This document shows, piece by piece, positions 13,919 to 27,609 of a stretch of DNA of 64,000 nt. The DNA is from Octopus sinensis (taxonomy: Eukaryota): the NCBI RefSeq assembly GCF_006345805.1, contig NC_042999.1, positions 7,254,001 to 7,318,000 on the forward strand, written 5' to 3'. Position 1 is the first letter of the stretch. Every line of letters starts with the position of its first letter. The notes below the pieces were generated by a model. The model did no database searches, was not told the origin of the DNA, and saw only the letters and a program-made list of their open reading frames with translations. The position numbers and the translations under genes are program-made.

Positions 13919-14318
13919 GTACATATATCACTTGAAATCTCTTCATATATATGTATACGTGTGTATGGTAGCGTTTTGGGTATTTAATGAAGGAATAACA
14001 ATATATATTTTCAGAATTAATGTTTCCATAATTATCGACTTTTTATTGCATTGCAAATGAACACGAAGTCGAATAAATTGCACAACAACGTAATATTAAA
14101 TTGATCACGTTCTGATTCGAGAGATTATCAATAATTCGACATTATAGAAACTTTAATCACAACCAAATTCAAAAGTCAGTTTCTCTCACTGGTTCCTCTT
14201 TGAAACTTCCATGTTGTCAGAAAGTGTGTTTAGTGCCGTGTATACTACTATACACCATCCCATACTACATTCTATGTATATATGTAGTAGGCATGTACGT
14301 AGCAAATACTGCGTATTG

Positions 14319-14319
<1 letters not shown>

Positions 14320-14379
<60 letters not shown>

Positions 14380-14464
14380 TCCCCCTCCCTCCTCCTCCTG
14401 CTACTGCTACTACCACAGCTGCTGCTGTTACTGCCGTTACTGCTGCTACCACCACCACCACCAA

Positions 14465-14502
<38 letters not shown>

Positions 14503-14545
14503 ATACTAATACTAATAATAATAATAATAATGCTACTACTACTAA
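14320..14545. repeat. Compound trinucleotide microsatellite (TAC/TGC/CCT/ACC/AAT)
   Basis: Directly visible. Confidence 0.9.
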
Positions 14546-15417
14546 CGCTCTTGTATATATGCATTTAGTATGTAGTCAATAGTGACAGACATACATGAAA
14601 GAGTCTCTCATGTGACTTGGTACCTATTAACAATTCCGCTAGCGATGTAAACAAAAGTGCTTAGCAGCACCACAGCTTCAATTGAGAGGTTCTCTCATGG
14701 TAACCATTGCAATATTCTGCGTTCTAATACAAAAGTGGGGATAAATATTACAACTTAATACAAAGATTCTTAGAGATCTGAATGCAGCTGACGATATCAT
14801 AGGGTCATTTTTGTGCGAGAATTCGATTGCCTGCAACCAAGGTGAATATAATTTCGTTAATAACTCAAAAAACCTATTGTAATAATTACATTCAGTGTGT
14901 GGTGTGGGTAAATTGCATTATATATTTCCTTGAACATGAAATTTTCATGAGAATTTATCATATTTATTTCGTGCATGGCTGTTATGTTACGGCATTATAT
15001 TTTCGTATCTGAGAGAAATACTTTCCACTACTACGTGTCTCCTTTAAAACTTGAATGTCAAGCGTATTAACCAACATGATATAGAAATTCTTTTACAAGA
15101 ACAGGTGAAAAGAACGTTCCTATTTCACAGAAAGCCACACGCTTACATTATTATTTTATAGAAAATATTTTCGTGTATTCTTCGTGAAGAATATATCAAT
15201 AACATAGTTTATAAACGCAACGTGAAATATAAAATGCATTAAACGTAGCATACAATAAACTCGACTGAATGGCAAAATGGCGCCTATGAATTTTTATGTA
15301 CCCTTTCATGGCGATATTAGAAAATATTGCACCGCATGGAACCAATCTCCACTTCTAACATCAACACTGGTGTTAGGTCGATATAGATGCATCTCCCTCA
15401 CTCACTACTTGTCTCTC

Positions 15418-15472
<55 letters not shown>

Positions 15473-15579
15473 CTTTATTTAAAGCAGCAGAAAATTCAAC
15501 AAAACCTGTTACTCTGAGTTTCCCGTTGCCGTTCATTATATACGTATACATACATATGCGTATATATATAGATGTATAC

Positions 15580-15624
<45 letters not shown>

Positions 15625-15842
15625 TATATATATACGTGTGTGTATATATATACGTGTACATATATATAGAGAGAGATGTATACATTTATATTACACACAC
15701 GTATATATATGAATATATATATATATATACGTATACATCTATATATATACATATGTATGTATGCATATTTACATCTTTCTGTGAGTGCATATATATATAT
15801 ATATATATATATACGTCTAATTATGTATGCATATATATATAT

Positions 15843-15876
<34 letters not shown>

Positions 15877-16111
15877 ATATATATATATATATTATATATA
15901 TATATGTATATATATATATATGAGTGTATATATATATATATGTACATATTACACAATTGACAGAGAAACATTAACAGTTATAAAGAATGTATTTATAAGA
16001 ATAATTACATCATCTAATCTACACATGCAATATTTTATATAATCCACATCCTATGTACATGTTATTTTACATACCTTCCTAGACACACACACACACACAC
16101 ACACATATATA

Positions 16112-16288
16112 TGCGCAGGCGTAGCTGTGTGGTAAGTAGCTTGCTTACCAACCACATGGTACCGGGTTCAGCCCCACTGCGTAGCACCTTGGATAAGTGT
16201 CTTCTGCTATAGTCGCGAGCCGACCAAGGCCTTGTGAGTGGATTTGGTAGACGGAAACAGAAAGAAGCCCGTCGTATATATGTATGTA

Positions 16289-16374
<86 letters not shown>

Positions 16375-16590
16375 CTGTATGTATGTGTGTGTGTATTTAT
16401 GTGTCTGTGTTTCTCACCCCATTATCGCTTGACAACTGATGTTGGTGTGTTTATGTCCCCGTAACCTAGCGGTTCGCCCAAAGAGGACGATAGAATAACT
16501 ACTAGGCTTGCAAAGAATAATCCTGGAGTCAATCTGTTCGACTAAAGGCGGTGCTCCAGTATGGCCGCAGTCAAATGGCTGAAACAAATA
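16112..16590 (+). mobile_element. SINE family A with expanded internal (TA)n
   Basis: Family motifs. Confidence 0.85.
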
Positions 16591-17011
16591 AAAAAATTCA
16601 AGCAAAAAATATATAATATATAATATATATATATATATATATATCAATATAGGGTAGCAAAAAATTCAAGAAAAAATTCAAGAAAAATTTTCTGCAACTA
16701 GCGGTCAAGTGAGAAAATAGGATATATATACTGGGGGCTTCAGTGGTATCGCCTCGTGTGTATATGTTCGCCTTTTCTTTTGGTGACTTTGCTGATGAAA
16801 CAAGCCAATCGTAAACGGATTTAATTTAATTTAATTAAGTTCGATTGCGTAAAAATTGTTGAAACCTTGCAGGGTACAAAGTTGAAAAGGATAAATGCTT
16901 TTATTTCTCCTTTAGCTTTCAGAATTACTACTATTTTTGCGGTTTGAGTTTTGGCTGCTCTTTTCAAGTGAGTTGAACGACCTGTAAGGGTCTTTCCTTA
17001 ATACTTTGTGA

Positions 17012-17042
<31 letters not shown>

Positions 17043-17074
17043 ATATATTATATATATAATATATATATATATAA

Positions 17075-17290
17075 TACAAAAGGGACAAGAACGCAAAGCA
17101 CCCGGACAACTAGGTAATACAAAAAGGAACAACAAAACATCCAGATAGACGATACAAAAGAAAAAGGACGGGTCATTCGAAGCTTTCTATCCTCAGTCAA
17201 CAACTAGATCATCCTCGCAATTTCGGCTGATTAATCTTGAGATTGCTCCAATCTGGCCAGCCCCAAGGAAAGACTAAGCTAAGAGCATTA
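17075..17290 (-). mobile_element. Probable PLE-type terminal fragment abutting (TA)n
   Basis: Same placement as the other terminal modules; only a degenerate hammerhead-like motif. Confidence 0.35.
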
Positions 17291-18084
17291 GATACCTTTA
17301 CATGTAGATGTCACTAACATGACAGATGGTGCTAGGTGGAAGAAATAATAGGCAAAACGACTCAATCGTCGTAGAAGCACTGTCCTAATGACTGTCAAGG
17401 AGAGACAAGTCCGCCCAGCGGTAATGACCAGATCAGTTGTCTCCCCTTAGTCATCAAGCTGATGCTTCTGTAGTAAGTGAATTGTTTGGACTCTTATTTC
17501 TAGGAATGTTGGTACCACTTAATATCCTCTGCAACGTTAGTGGCTTCTATAAATTTGCCTTTAGTTTGTTAGATTGCATATAAGTCACCCTTATTATTTG
17601 TGTACACAACCCTCCCACCCACACACACACGCATATAAAGTTTCCAAATTATGGTTGGTAGGGACATAGAATCGAGGTGGGTATGGCAGTCGCATGTACC
17701 GGCTATTAACGTCGGCTAACCTCCATGAGTGTATAAAAAAACATCCAGTCTCTTTGACTTACTAGCCTCATATATAGTAAAGTCTATTTGCCAACATAAT
17801 GTGGCAGTCCCATGTAGGACGATGCTACAACTTTTTAGCCCCAGGTAATCATCTTCTCCATTTGGCTACCGACACATTGTCTGTGCTCACATACTGTGAT
17901 CAAGGGAGTTTATTGGTCCCTTTCTAGCCTTAGTGATACTTGTAGACCAATGGTTTCTGGGTTATTTCTCCTCCTCAGTACAGGGCAATGGCCAGCTAGT
18001 GATGGCAATGCAATTTTACATATTATATATCTATATATTTACGAGAAAATTCATGAGAAATAAAATGTATAGTCTATCTTTTAT

Positions 18085-18445
18085 CTTCCAGCTGTTTCTG
18101 TCATTGCACTGCAACCATACTGGAGCAGCTGTTTGAAGGGCTTAGCCCAATAAATCGAAATTACTATTCATTTTTTAAGTGTGGAGCTTTTTCTATATTT
18201 GCGGAAATGTAAACAAACCAACACTGGACGACAATCGGTGTGGCGGGGGAGAGATACAAACAAAAATACACACGCACGTATATGTATACACGACGGGCTT
18301 CAGTACTGTTTCCGGCCACCAAAATTCACTTTCAGGCCATTGGTCAGCACGGTGCTGGACATTAGTAGAGGTCACTAAGTTATCGCGCAATGGGACTGAA
18401 CTTGAAACCGCATAGTAGCAAAGCCAGCTCCTCGTATACACAGCC
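18085..18445 (-). mobile_element. SINE family A, diverged
   Basis: Family motifs on the minus strand. Confidence 0.75.
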
Positions 18446-19218
18446 ATACACACACCCACACAAACACACATAAATACACACACATTTACATACGTACATA
18501 CATACATTACACACACATACATACATATTAACTTATGTACATACATACAATAGACACAGACACATGCATAGATACAGACATACATACACACACAAACACA
18601 CATATATACATATGCATGTACATACATAAACATATACATATGTGTGTATGTGTGTGTGAGTGTGTATGTATATGTATATGCATGTGTGTATATGCTTTTT
18701 AATCGGCTGTAAAATTAACTAACGAAACCAGCGGTCGACAGTTTCGTGCAGGATTCTTAACAAACTAGCTTAAAAATATTATTCTAACATAGTAATAAAT
18801 TAACTATTTTTCTTTCTGGAAAGCGCGAACAAATTTTATGTCTTGATACAAATGATATAAGCGATAAATTTCGAAATCTTCTCGCTAAATAAGGAGGTAA
18901 TTGGAAAATAAAACAAAACATTCAATACAGTAATATCAGAAAGTGGAAACAGACGTATAGGTCCATACGCACACGTACATATGACACGTAGTGGAGGTTC
19001 CGTAAAGAGACCTTTAATAACTCGAAGGAGAGAGAGAGAGTTGCACTAGCATTCGGCTGGTGCTTATTATCAGTTACGAGTAACGAGAAAGGAAGTGCCT
19101 TGTAAGGAGTCACACCCTCTTTAGAAATTGAACTCACAACGTTACTATCGTAAGCCCAACAACTTTTAGCAGCAGGCCACACGCCATCGCACATTCATAC
19201 ACGTAAATTTAAGCATCA

Positions 19219-19369
<151 letters not shown>

Positions 19370-20099
19370 AGCTGTCTGTCTGTCTATCTATCTAATTCTC
19401 TTTTGGAATTTTGGTTCTGGAGGCACAGCGCATAAAACTGTAAATAACAGCATGTAAATATACCGTTGAAAAATCATCTAGGATAAAAAAAAAATGAAGC
19501 CAACGTTAACATGCTATTATTTATAACTTTATGCGATGTGCCTCGAGATCCAATATTCCAAAAAAGAATTAATTCATGTTCTCTCGAAAGTTTTACTAAA
19601 ATTCTTATGACGTCGACTCTATCTATCTATCTATCTTGAGCATAATCCTATGAACCCAGAAATTGAAAACAGAGGGTTACCCACTTGCAAACAAATGTGG
19701 TAACATGTAACAATATTGACCAAGGTTACCGTGGTCTTTTTCGTAGGCTTTTCTTCCCACGGATAAACCTTACTTGCTTTCCCCTTTACACCATACATCA
19801 TAACACTGTGATACACGATCCCTATTGATCGTTTTTTTCCCTCTTCCCCCTTTTTTCCCCCTTTTTCTTCTTTTTTTTGATTTCTCTTTTCTTTTGTTCC
19901 TTTTCCTTTTCTTCTTTTTTTTAAAAAATGTTTTGTTCTTTTTTTCCCTTTTACGGCCCTTTTGATCGAAAACCTACGCCACCTTTTTTTCTTGTTTCTT
20001 TTGTTTTTCTTTTTTGTTTTTTTTTCATCCCCCAAAAGAAAAGCTCTACCTTGTAACTTGTCCCATCTGTGTGCAGCCCTGTGTGGCCAATAAAGAAAC

Positions 20100-20179
<80 letters not shown>

Positions 20180-20218
20180 ATTTATCTATTTCTCTCTCTC
20201 TCTCTCTCTGTCTCTCTA

Positions 20219-20253
<35 letters not shown>

Positions 20254-20615
20254 ATACAGGCGTGGAGGTTTGGTGCTTGTGTATGTTTTTAATGCCAATA
20301 TGATATTAATTTACAAAACCAAAGTCTAACGCCTTTCCTAGTATGTGATATCGCTTGTTAAATGATATCTTTATTTTCATTTATCACGCGTTATTGCAAC
20401 GCGTGATTAAGCAGTCTGATTCAGGGGTGATCGATACATTTTATTAAGATTTGCACTTGAGAAATATTAGTTTCATAATATATTACGACTTTCTTGTAAT
20501 AGTCATTTTACTAAACAGACATCGGAATGACTATATCTGAAATAGAATTTATTCATCTAATTCTACTTAATAACAGAAAGCTACGAAGCTGCAACTCATA
20601 AATTTCTTGCTTTAC

Positions 20616-20894
20616 CAGAAATACAATATTGCTTTGCATGAATCAAGAGGAAAAAAAATGATGTTTGGAATGTTGTAATCATGTTTTTCATTGATCGAGG
20701 CGTCCGTAGTAGAAATGACATTTATACTACATTGTCTAAAGTTTGTTTTGAAAGCACAGATATTCCAGTAGATAATGACAGCAGCTAAATTCGCAGATTT
20801 AATTGGAGTTCCAAGATTGGTAATATATTCCAGACGGCATTTACATTCGCTGTCTGTAATGTTTTCAACTTTATGTAACCGGAAAAGAAACTTG
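20616..20894 (-). CDS. Candidate orphan exon (KFLFRLHKVENITDSECKCRLEY...AILYF)
   Basis: 93-codon open frame in non-repetitive AT-rich DNA; CTAAT branch-like motif and ATTCAG| acceptor; CTG|GTAAAG donor; symmetric phase 2-2. Confidence 0.35.
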
Positions 20895-20948
20895 CTGAAT
20901 CTCACACTATCTGATTAGGAGGCATTCATGCATATAAACACACACATA

Positions 20949-21365
20949 AAGGCGGCGAGCTGGCAGAAACGTTAGCACGCCGGGCGAAATGCGTAGCCGT
21001 ATTTCGTCTGTCATTACGTTCCGAGTTCAAGTTCCGCCGAGGTCTACTATGCCTTTCATCCATTCAGGGTCGATTAAATAAGTACCAGTTACGCACTGGG
21101 GTCGATGTAATCGACTTAATCCATCTGTCTGTCCTTGTTTGTCTCTTCTGTGTTTAGCTCCTTGTGGGTAGTAAAGAAATAGGTATTTCGTCTGTCATTA
21201 CGTTCTGAGTTCAAATTCCGCCGAGGTCGACTATGCCTTTCATCCATTCAGGGTCGATTAAATAAGTACCAGTTACACACTGGGGTCGATGTATTCGACT
21301 TAATCCATTTGTCTGTCCTTGTTTGTCCCCTCTGTGTTTAGCCCCTTGTGGGTAGTAAAGAAATA
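20949..21365 (+). mobile_element. tRNA-derived SINE (family B) with internal tandem duplication of the body
   Basis: GGCGGCGAGCTGGCAGAA head; GCCTTTCATCC..GGGTCGATTAAATAAGTACC body (Deu/Nin-like) occurs twice, ~190 bp apart. Confidence 0.85.
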
Positions 21366-21449
21366 TATAAACACAGACATATGGGCATGTGTTAAAACCT
21401 GTATACGCATGCACAGACATGATTTGTTCGTGCTTATAAAGAGTAAATA

Positions 21450-21778
21450 GTTGACTAACGTGAGGAGACCCCTTCGGTCATGAATGACCATGGGATGGCA
21501 CCTAGAAAGTTACCCTCCGAGGCACAAGTCCAGGCAAGGTTGTTTGTGGAAGGCCAGCAGTCACTCCACACCACTGATGTTATCCAAGGGAAAGGCAAAG
21601 GGGCCGATAGAGCTTGGCACCAGTCACGTTACAACTCATTTCTACAGCTGAGTTAACTGGAGCAACGTGAAATAAAGTGTCTTGCTCAAGAATACAATAC
21701 GCAGCCCGGTCAGGGAATCGAACTCACAACCTCACGATCGTAAATTCTACGCTCTGACCACTGAGCCATGCGCCTTCA
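21450..21778 (-). mobile_element. tRNA-derived SINE (family C)
   Basis: Head GGCGCATGGCTCAGTGGTCAGAGC...GAGTTCGATTCCC followed by CTTGAGCAAGACACTT. Confidence 0.8.
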
Positions 21779-22055
21779 CTAATACTACTGAAAAATTAGT
21801 AGTGAGCCTCATGACGTGCATCAACTGCCTGTTATTCAATGGGTTCAACTATCTATGGACCCATTTGATTACTATGGTGCATTCCCAATTTACTAGTTTG
21901 CCTTCTTGGACCCCGGCCCCAAATCTTATATGGTCCCTCATAGAACACCATTTGAGAACCACTGTGCTACACAATTCAATGTAGGTTCCTGTATGCTGTC
22001 TCTCGGCGAGAAAAGTTAGTTAGAAAAATACCATTCAGAAAAAAATTTTACTCAC

Positions 22056-22184
22056 GTTGAAAACTGAAAATGAAACGCTGGATATGTTAGCCGTGAATAA
22101 AGTATTATGTAAAAAGAAGACGAGCGATGTTTCTTCGTCATAGAGAAACTCTACTTTTACCGAGGTTTTCCGAACGTCACATGT
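22056..22184 (-). CDS. Candidate orphan exon (TCDVRKTSVKVEFLYDEETSLVFFLHNTLFTANISSVSFSVFN)
   Basis: TTTCCTGCATACAG| acceptor, AAC|GTGAGT donor, 129 nt, phase 0-0, only one open frame. Confidence 0.3.
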
Positions 22185-22863
22185 CTGTATGCAGGAAATT
22201 GCTAAGTTAAAGATCATTCACCTTCGGAAGTGTGATGATATATATTTCCTGTAGAAAACCACGCCAAGCAAAGTCTGTAACCTTTAGACTCTGGTTTAGA
22301 TTTATCAAGAGTTTAAAGATATTACACAAGTAGGTGAGCAAAGTGTTTTTTTCACAATGTTCTCATTATTATTTGACCATATTCGAAGAAGCAGAAGTCT
22401 GGAAAACATTGTGATGGAAGGATGAGAGGAGAGTAGTTGATCAAGTGGCAGACAAAGAATGGACAATAGGAAGAGCTTGTTTGATAAAAGTGGCAAGACA
22501 GCTGGAGAACAGGCGCTTCACTGGAAAGAGATCCGTTGTAATGTCGTCGATGCCCTGCAGGCGTACGATACAAGACAGCGGTGACGAGCACAATGTTAGA
22601 ATTGTATATAGAGATCTATAGAACATCAAGGAACGTTTTGAGATAATCGATAATAAATAAAAACATCTGTTTACTCTGCAGGAATTAATCTTGCCATACG
22701 TGTCCAATTTTATATTTGATGAATTCAATATCTTTAACGTATGAGTTTAGGTGGTTTTGTATATGAATTAAATAGCTTGAAAACCTGTTATACAAAATAT
22801 AAAACAGGGAAGTTCTCGTTTGAATTTGGAAACAGTTTCTCATTGTACTAAGTTTTATGATAT

Positions 22864-22939
<76 letters not shown>

Positions 22940-23797
22940 GATATATGTGTATGTACGTGTGTAAATAAAGGAGATAATAAAAACGAAAAGGATGAAGAGA
23001 AGAAAGAAGTAAGGGGGAAATTATAAGTGAAAAGAAGAGAAAGTCAGGCATAAAGAATAGAGAGAGAATATGATAATAATTTTTAATAAAGCAGAGACAA
23101 ATTATAATGTATATAGGATGAAAAAGATATAAAAATATATAAAATATTATTTAAAATATTAAAATAATATTTAAAGTATATGATTTTTCAAATGAAGGTT
23201 ATTTGTCAACATGATGTAGCTGTCCGGAAAGGGACGAAGTTACTGTTATTTTAGCTGCAAGAAACATCATTTCTAGCTGGCTGTACGACTACTATCTGTG
23301 TCCCAGGACAGCCACATTATGTTGGCAAATAGCCTTTACTTTAAAGAACTGTTACTGAATGTTTCTTTTTGAAAGATTTGGAAATAGTATTTCTACTTTT
23401 AAAATACATCTGACAATAAAAATAAACATGTAAATTATATAATATAAAATATATATAATAAAGCAAAAAAAATATAACATGAAAATACTTTACTTGAAAT
23501 ATGAAAAATATAAAGGAAAATCAATATTTAAATAAATACATAAATGAATATAATTGAAAGTAGAGGAAAATGGAGAGAAAGAAAGAAATAGAGGAATGAA
23601 AACAAGGTAGAGATAGCAGGCGTGAGATTGGGGAAAAGGTTAGTGACAGATAATTGAATAGGAGTCATTCATTAATGAGTCGTTGAGGTTTAGGTAGGCT
23701 AATTAGATATTGAGAAACCCATATATTGTGTTAAGCATAACTAGGGCGAATTATTTTAAGTTTTAAGAGTATATATGTGGCCAGACGTGTAGACTGT

Positions 23798-24008
<211 letters not shown>

Positions 24009-24041
24009 TATACATACATATATATATATATATATAATATA

Positions 24042-24087
<46 letters not shown>

Positions 24088-24740
24088 ATGTGTGTGTGTG
24101 TGAAATATTTAAGAATCAGTTGAATTAGGTACTTACATTGAGGCACCAAGCCAGTTCGGTATAGTCCGCGCAGCTCGAAGTTAGATGAATAAAAAGCAAA
24201 TAAGTAACAAGGATGTACAGGTATCAACACATTACGGCCGTTTCAAGCGGCTCCATTTAATCGATCAATGAAAACATTACATGGATTTTTATATATCAAT
24301 GGTGAAATCGAAATAAGCATTTAAATACAAAGGAGGAATACAGTTTACCAAATATGGTATTAAATGAACATTTTAATGGAAGAGAAAGTTTTTTTAAGAA
24401 TTCAGACATTAGTCCTTTATATATTCACTCGTACATCCACATATTACGCATTTATTGTCGTACCTGGCCGCGTAATTCTTATAGGTATACATGGCCTATT
24501 TAAAACAAAAGCATTCGTACCTGCGCTGTTGTTCGTTTATTGTTAGTCTGTAATTAACAGCACTTCTCTAGTTTTCAGAAAAACTCATTTGCTGCAGTCA
24601 CAGTTGTACTGTGGAATGAATAATTCTAGAATACATTTGGACTTGAAGATTAATATTCTTACTCTATGGCTGAGCGATGGATGTTTTCCCCCATTTTAAA
24701 TCATGTACATGACTGAGTTAATCAGTAAATAATAATATAC

Positions 24741-25132
24741 TTAATAATATAAAAGTGAGGTTGTGTGCTGTCTGTCTCCTACGATTTAGATTCCTAACTA
24801 CTCCCACATTTTGCGGTGCAGTTTAACCAAAACCGGGTATCTTATAGTCGTGATTAATATCGAGCCCTTCTGGGTGTTAGCGTGCGTCTACGATGAGTCT
24901 ATGATTTAAAAAAAAAATTACCATCAATTTTCCCCATTTTTTATGCATTTTTGGCATATATAAGGGAAGTAACTCTCTAAAAATTTATTAAATCTCAGAA
25001 CGTAAAAAGCTACAGTAACACCCCCCCTTCGTGGTTAGCCATATTGAGATGGCTATTATACTTTAAATCTCTAAAAATGCTTATATAGTTATTTCCCTTA
25101 CCAACGCGAGCAACGCCGGGCGATACTGCTAG
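24741..25132 (+). mobile_element. Non-autonomous Helitron
   Basis: 3' GC-rich hairpin (GCGAGCAACGCCGGGCG) then CTAG followed by T; homologous to 25876-26272. Confidence 0.8.
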
Positions 25133-25445
25133 TACTTAATAAAGATTTACTTAATAAGTAAAATGTATTTCATAATTTAAATTTCTTTTATAAGTTTGTA
25201 GAATATGATCTTCGTGGGTTCGTTGTTTGTAGTAACCTTCTCTATGGTGAAGTGAAGTTTGAAATAAGATTTATAACAACCCTGAGGAAAATGTTCCTTC
25301 AAGCAGATTGATGAGAAGAACACCCAGCTATCATATAGTAATGTAAGGAATTTTGGCAATCAGTTTGGAGATTGTAGACATCACAATCTCACCTTATAGT
25401 CTTGAAGTCTATGCATAGCAACCGCCCATCTCTGCTAATACTCTA

Positions 25446-25539
<94 letters not shown>

Positions 25540-25544
25540 GTTGG

Positions 25545-25790
25545 AATTTACAAATAGAAACAGAACAAAAAACAAAGACGGGTGTGGTAAACAATAAACA
25601 GATGTATTATTATAACGCTCAGGAATTGAGAGGCTTTTACGTTTCGAGCCTACGCTCTTCAACAGAAAGGAACACAGTAATAAGCAGAGAGAGAAAATAA
25701 AAAAAAGTTTAGTGGCCAGCGATCGATCATGGCGAATGCCGGACAGAGGTGGTCAGACAGGAGAGCTAGGAAGAAGAGATAAAAAAAATA
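25545..25790 (-). mobile_element. PLE terminal module inserted in (CA)n/(TA)n
   Basis: Homologous to 34160-34370 and 10790-10960; carries a hammerhead. Confidence 0.7.
25634..25669 (-). ncRNA. Minimal hammerhead with variant core CUGUUGA
   Basis: cttt-CTGTTGA-A-GAGC-gtag-GCTC-GAAA-CG-TA-aaag; all three stems pair; GUA site. Confidence 0.7.
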
Positions 25791-25875
25791 TGTGTGTATG
25801 TGTGTGTTACAATATATGACTATTTGTATGTAAGTGAATATACTTACAAACTCACACACGTTTGTTTATATCATA

Positions 25876-26272
25876 CTAGCAGTAGCGCCCGGCGTTGCTC
25901 GGGTTTGTAAGGGAAATAACTATATAAGCATTTTTAGAGAGTTATAGCCAAAAAATAGCAAAAAATGCATTAAAAATGGAAAAAAAAATGATGGTAAATT
26001 TTTTTAAAAATCGTTGATTCATCGCAGACATTTTTAGAGATTTACTTCCCTTATATAATAGCGAAAAAATGCATTAAAATGGAAAAAAATGATGGTAATT
26101 TTTTTAAAAATCGTAGACTCATCGTAGACGCGCGTTAATACCCAGAAGGGCTCGATATGAATCACGACTATAAGATACCCGGTTTTGGTTAAACTGCACC
26201 GCAAAATGTGGGAGTAGTTAGGAATCTAAATCGTAGGAGACAGACACTCACCCAACTTCACTTTTATATATA
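25876..26272 (-). mobile_element. Non-autonomous Helitron (same family, inverted, with an internal duplication)
   Basis: Reverse complement of 24741-25132 with hairpin-CTAG-T end. Confidence 0.8.
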
Positions 26273-26879
26273 TCATATATGAATGTTGACTTTCGATTCT
26301 GCATGTATGCGTGTTTTCATATTTATCCCCCCAAAAGAATATTCCTTCCTAAATACATGTAGCTGATAATATTTTTAAAATATGTTCGATGTCTATCAAG
26401 TGTTATTCGAAGTTTCGTTTTCGGCGAAATGTCTTTTTCTTTTAAAAAGTTAAATAATAGTCCTAACATCAGCATTGAACTCGTTTGTGCAAATGATGAA
26501 AGGGAATATAATTTTTTTGTGATTTTTGTGTATGAAAGAACTGGAATAAACACAACCATTTTTATTGCAGACATTGTAAAAGAGAATATTCAAGTCAGGC
26601 TGCTCTTCCACTCTTTCACTCTTTCACTCTTTCACTGTTTCTATGTGTTTCTGTGTGTTTTATGTTTCTAAGTATTTATTCCTATGAATACTTGTAAATC
26701 CACTTTGATGTTGTAGCGGTGAAATTGGATGTGTGTGTTTTTGTGTATTTCTAGCAATGGTCATTCATGTCTGTGTAAAATGACGATGTCCTTCGATGTT
26801 ACATCGGAACACTTGAGCTCGTTATTATACTAAATATGGGGGAAATTAAAATGAGCGTAGATTGCTCATGTACTTATGC

Positions 26880-27307
26880 AGAAAGGTTAGATTGAAAGAG
26901 GGGGAGAAGGGGAGAAAGGAGAGAGGGGGAGAGAGAAGGACAAAAAGAACGAGGGGAAGAGAAAGAAAGAGAAAAAGAGAAAAGAGAGAAAGATGGAAAG
27001 AAAATGAGAGAAAGACAGAAAGAGGGAGAGAGAATAAGAGAGAAAGAGAGTGAGAGAAAGAGAGATAGAGAGAAAGAGAGAGAGAAAAAGTGAGAAAGAG
27101 AGAGAAAGAAAAGAGAAAAGTGAGAAAGAGAGTGAGAAAACGGGAGAAAGAGAAAGAGAAAAAGAGAGAAAGAGAGAAAGAGAGAAAAAGAGAGCAAGAC
27201 AAAGAGAGAGAAAAAAGAGAGAAAGAGAGAGAGTGAGAAAAAGAGAAAAGGAGAGATAAAGATAGTGAGAGAGAGAAAGAGTGAGAGATATATAGAGAAA
27301 GAGAAAG

Positions 27308-27404
<97 letters not shown>

Positions 27405-27430
27405 GATAGATAGAGAAAGAGAGACAGAGA
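26880..27430. repeat. (GA)-rich low-complexity tract plus (GATA)n
   Basis: Directly visible. Confidence 0.9.
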
Positions 27431-27609
27431 TAGAGAGAGCTAAGATCTAAAGTACCATTTGTCCGAATTGAACTTTTCTTTAGTACTTCGTCATCTCCGT
27501 TGTAACCGCGAATACAATATCGTCACTTTTGAATTTGCAGTGGTTACCACTTCAGAACTGTCGATATATTCTTGGCTGAAACTTCACTTTGAGCAGTTAT
27601 TGGTTTAAA

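Noticed and set aside
14200-14582. Poly-amino-acid exon (poly-S/G/T/L)
   Set aside because: Compound trinucleotide microsatellite that is open in most frames, with no flanking complex coding sequence.
17150-17280. Hammerhead-like CTGAGGA...GAAT and GGCTG/CAGCC-GAAA motifs on the minus strand
   Set aside because: Core and stems cannot be assembled into a complete fold.
20949-21778. tRNA genes at SINE heads
   Set aside because: A/B-box-like motifs are present but there is no complete cloverleaf, and each continues into a SINE body.
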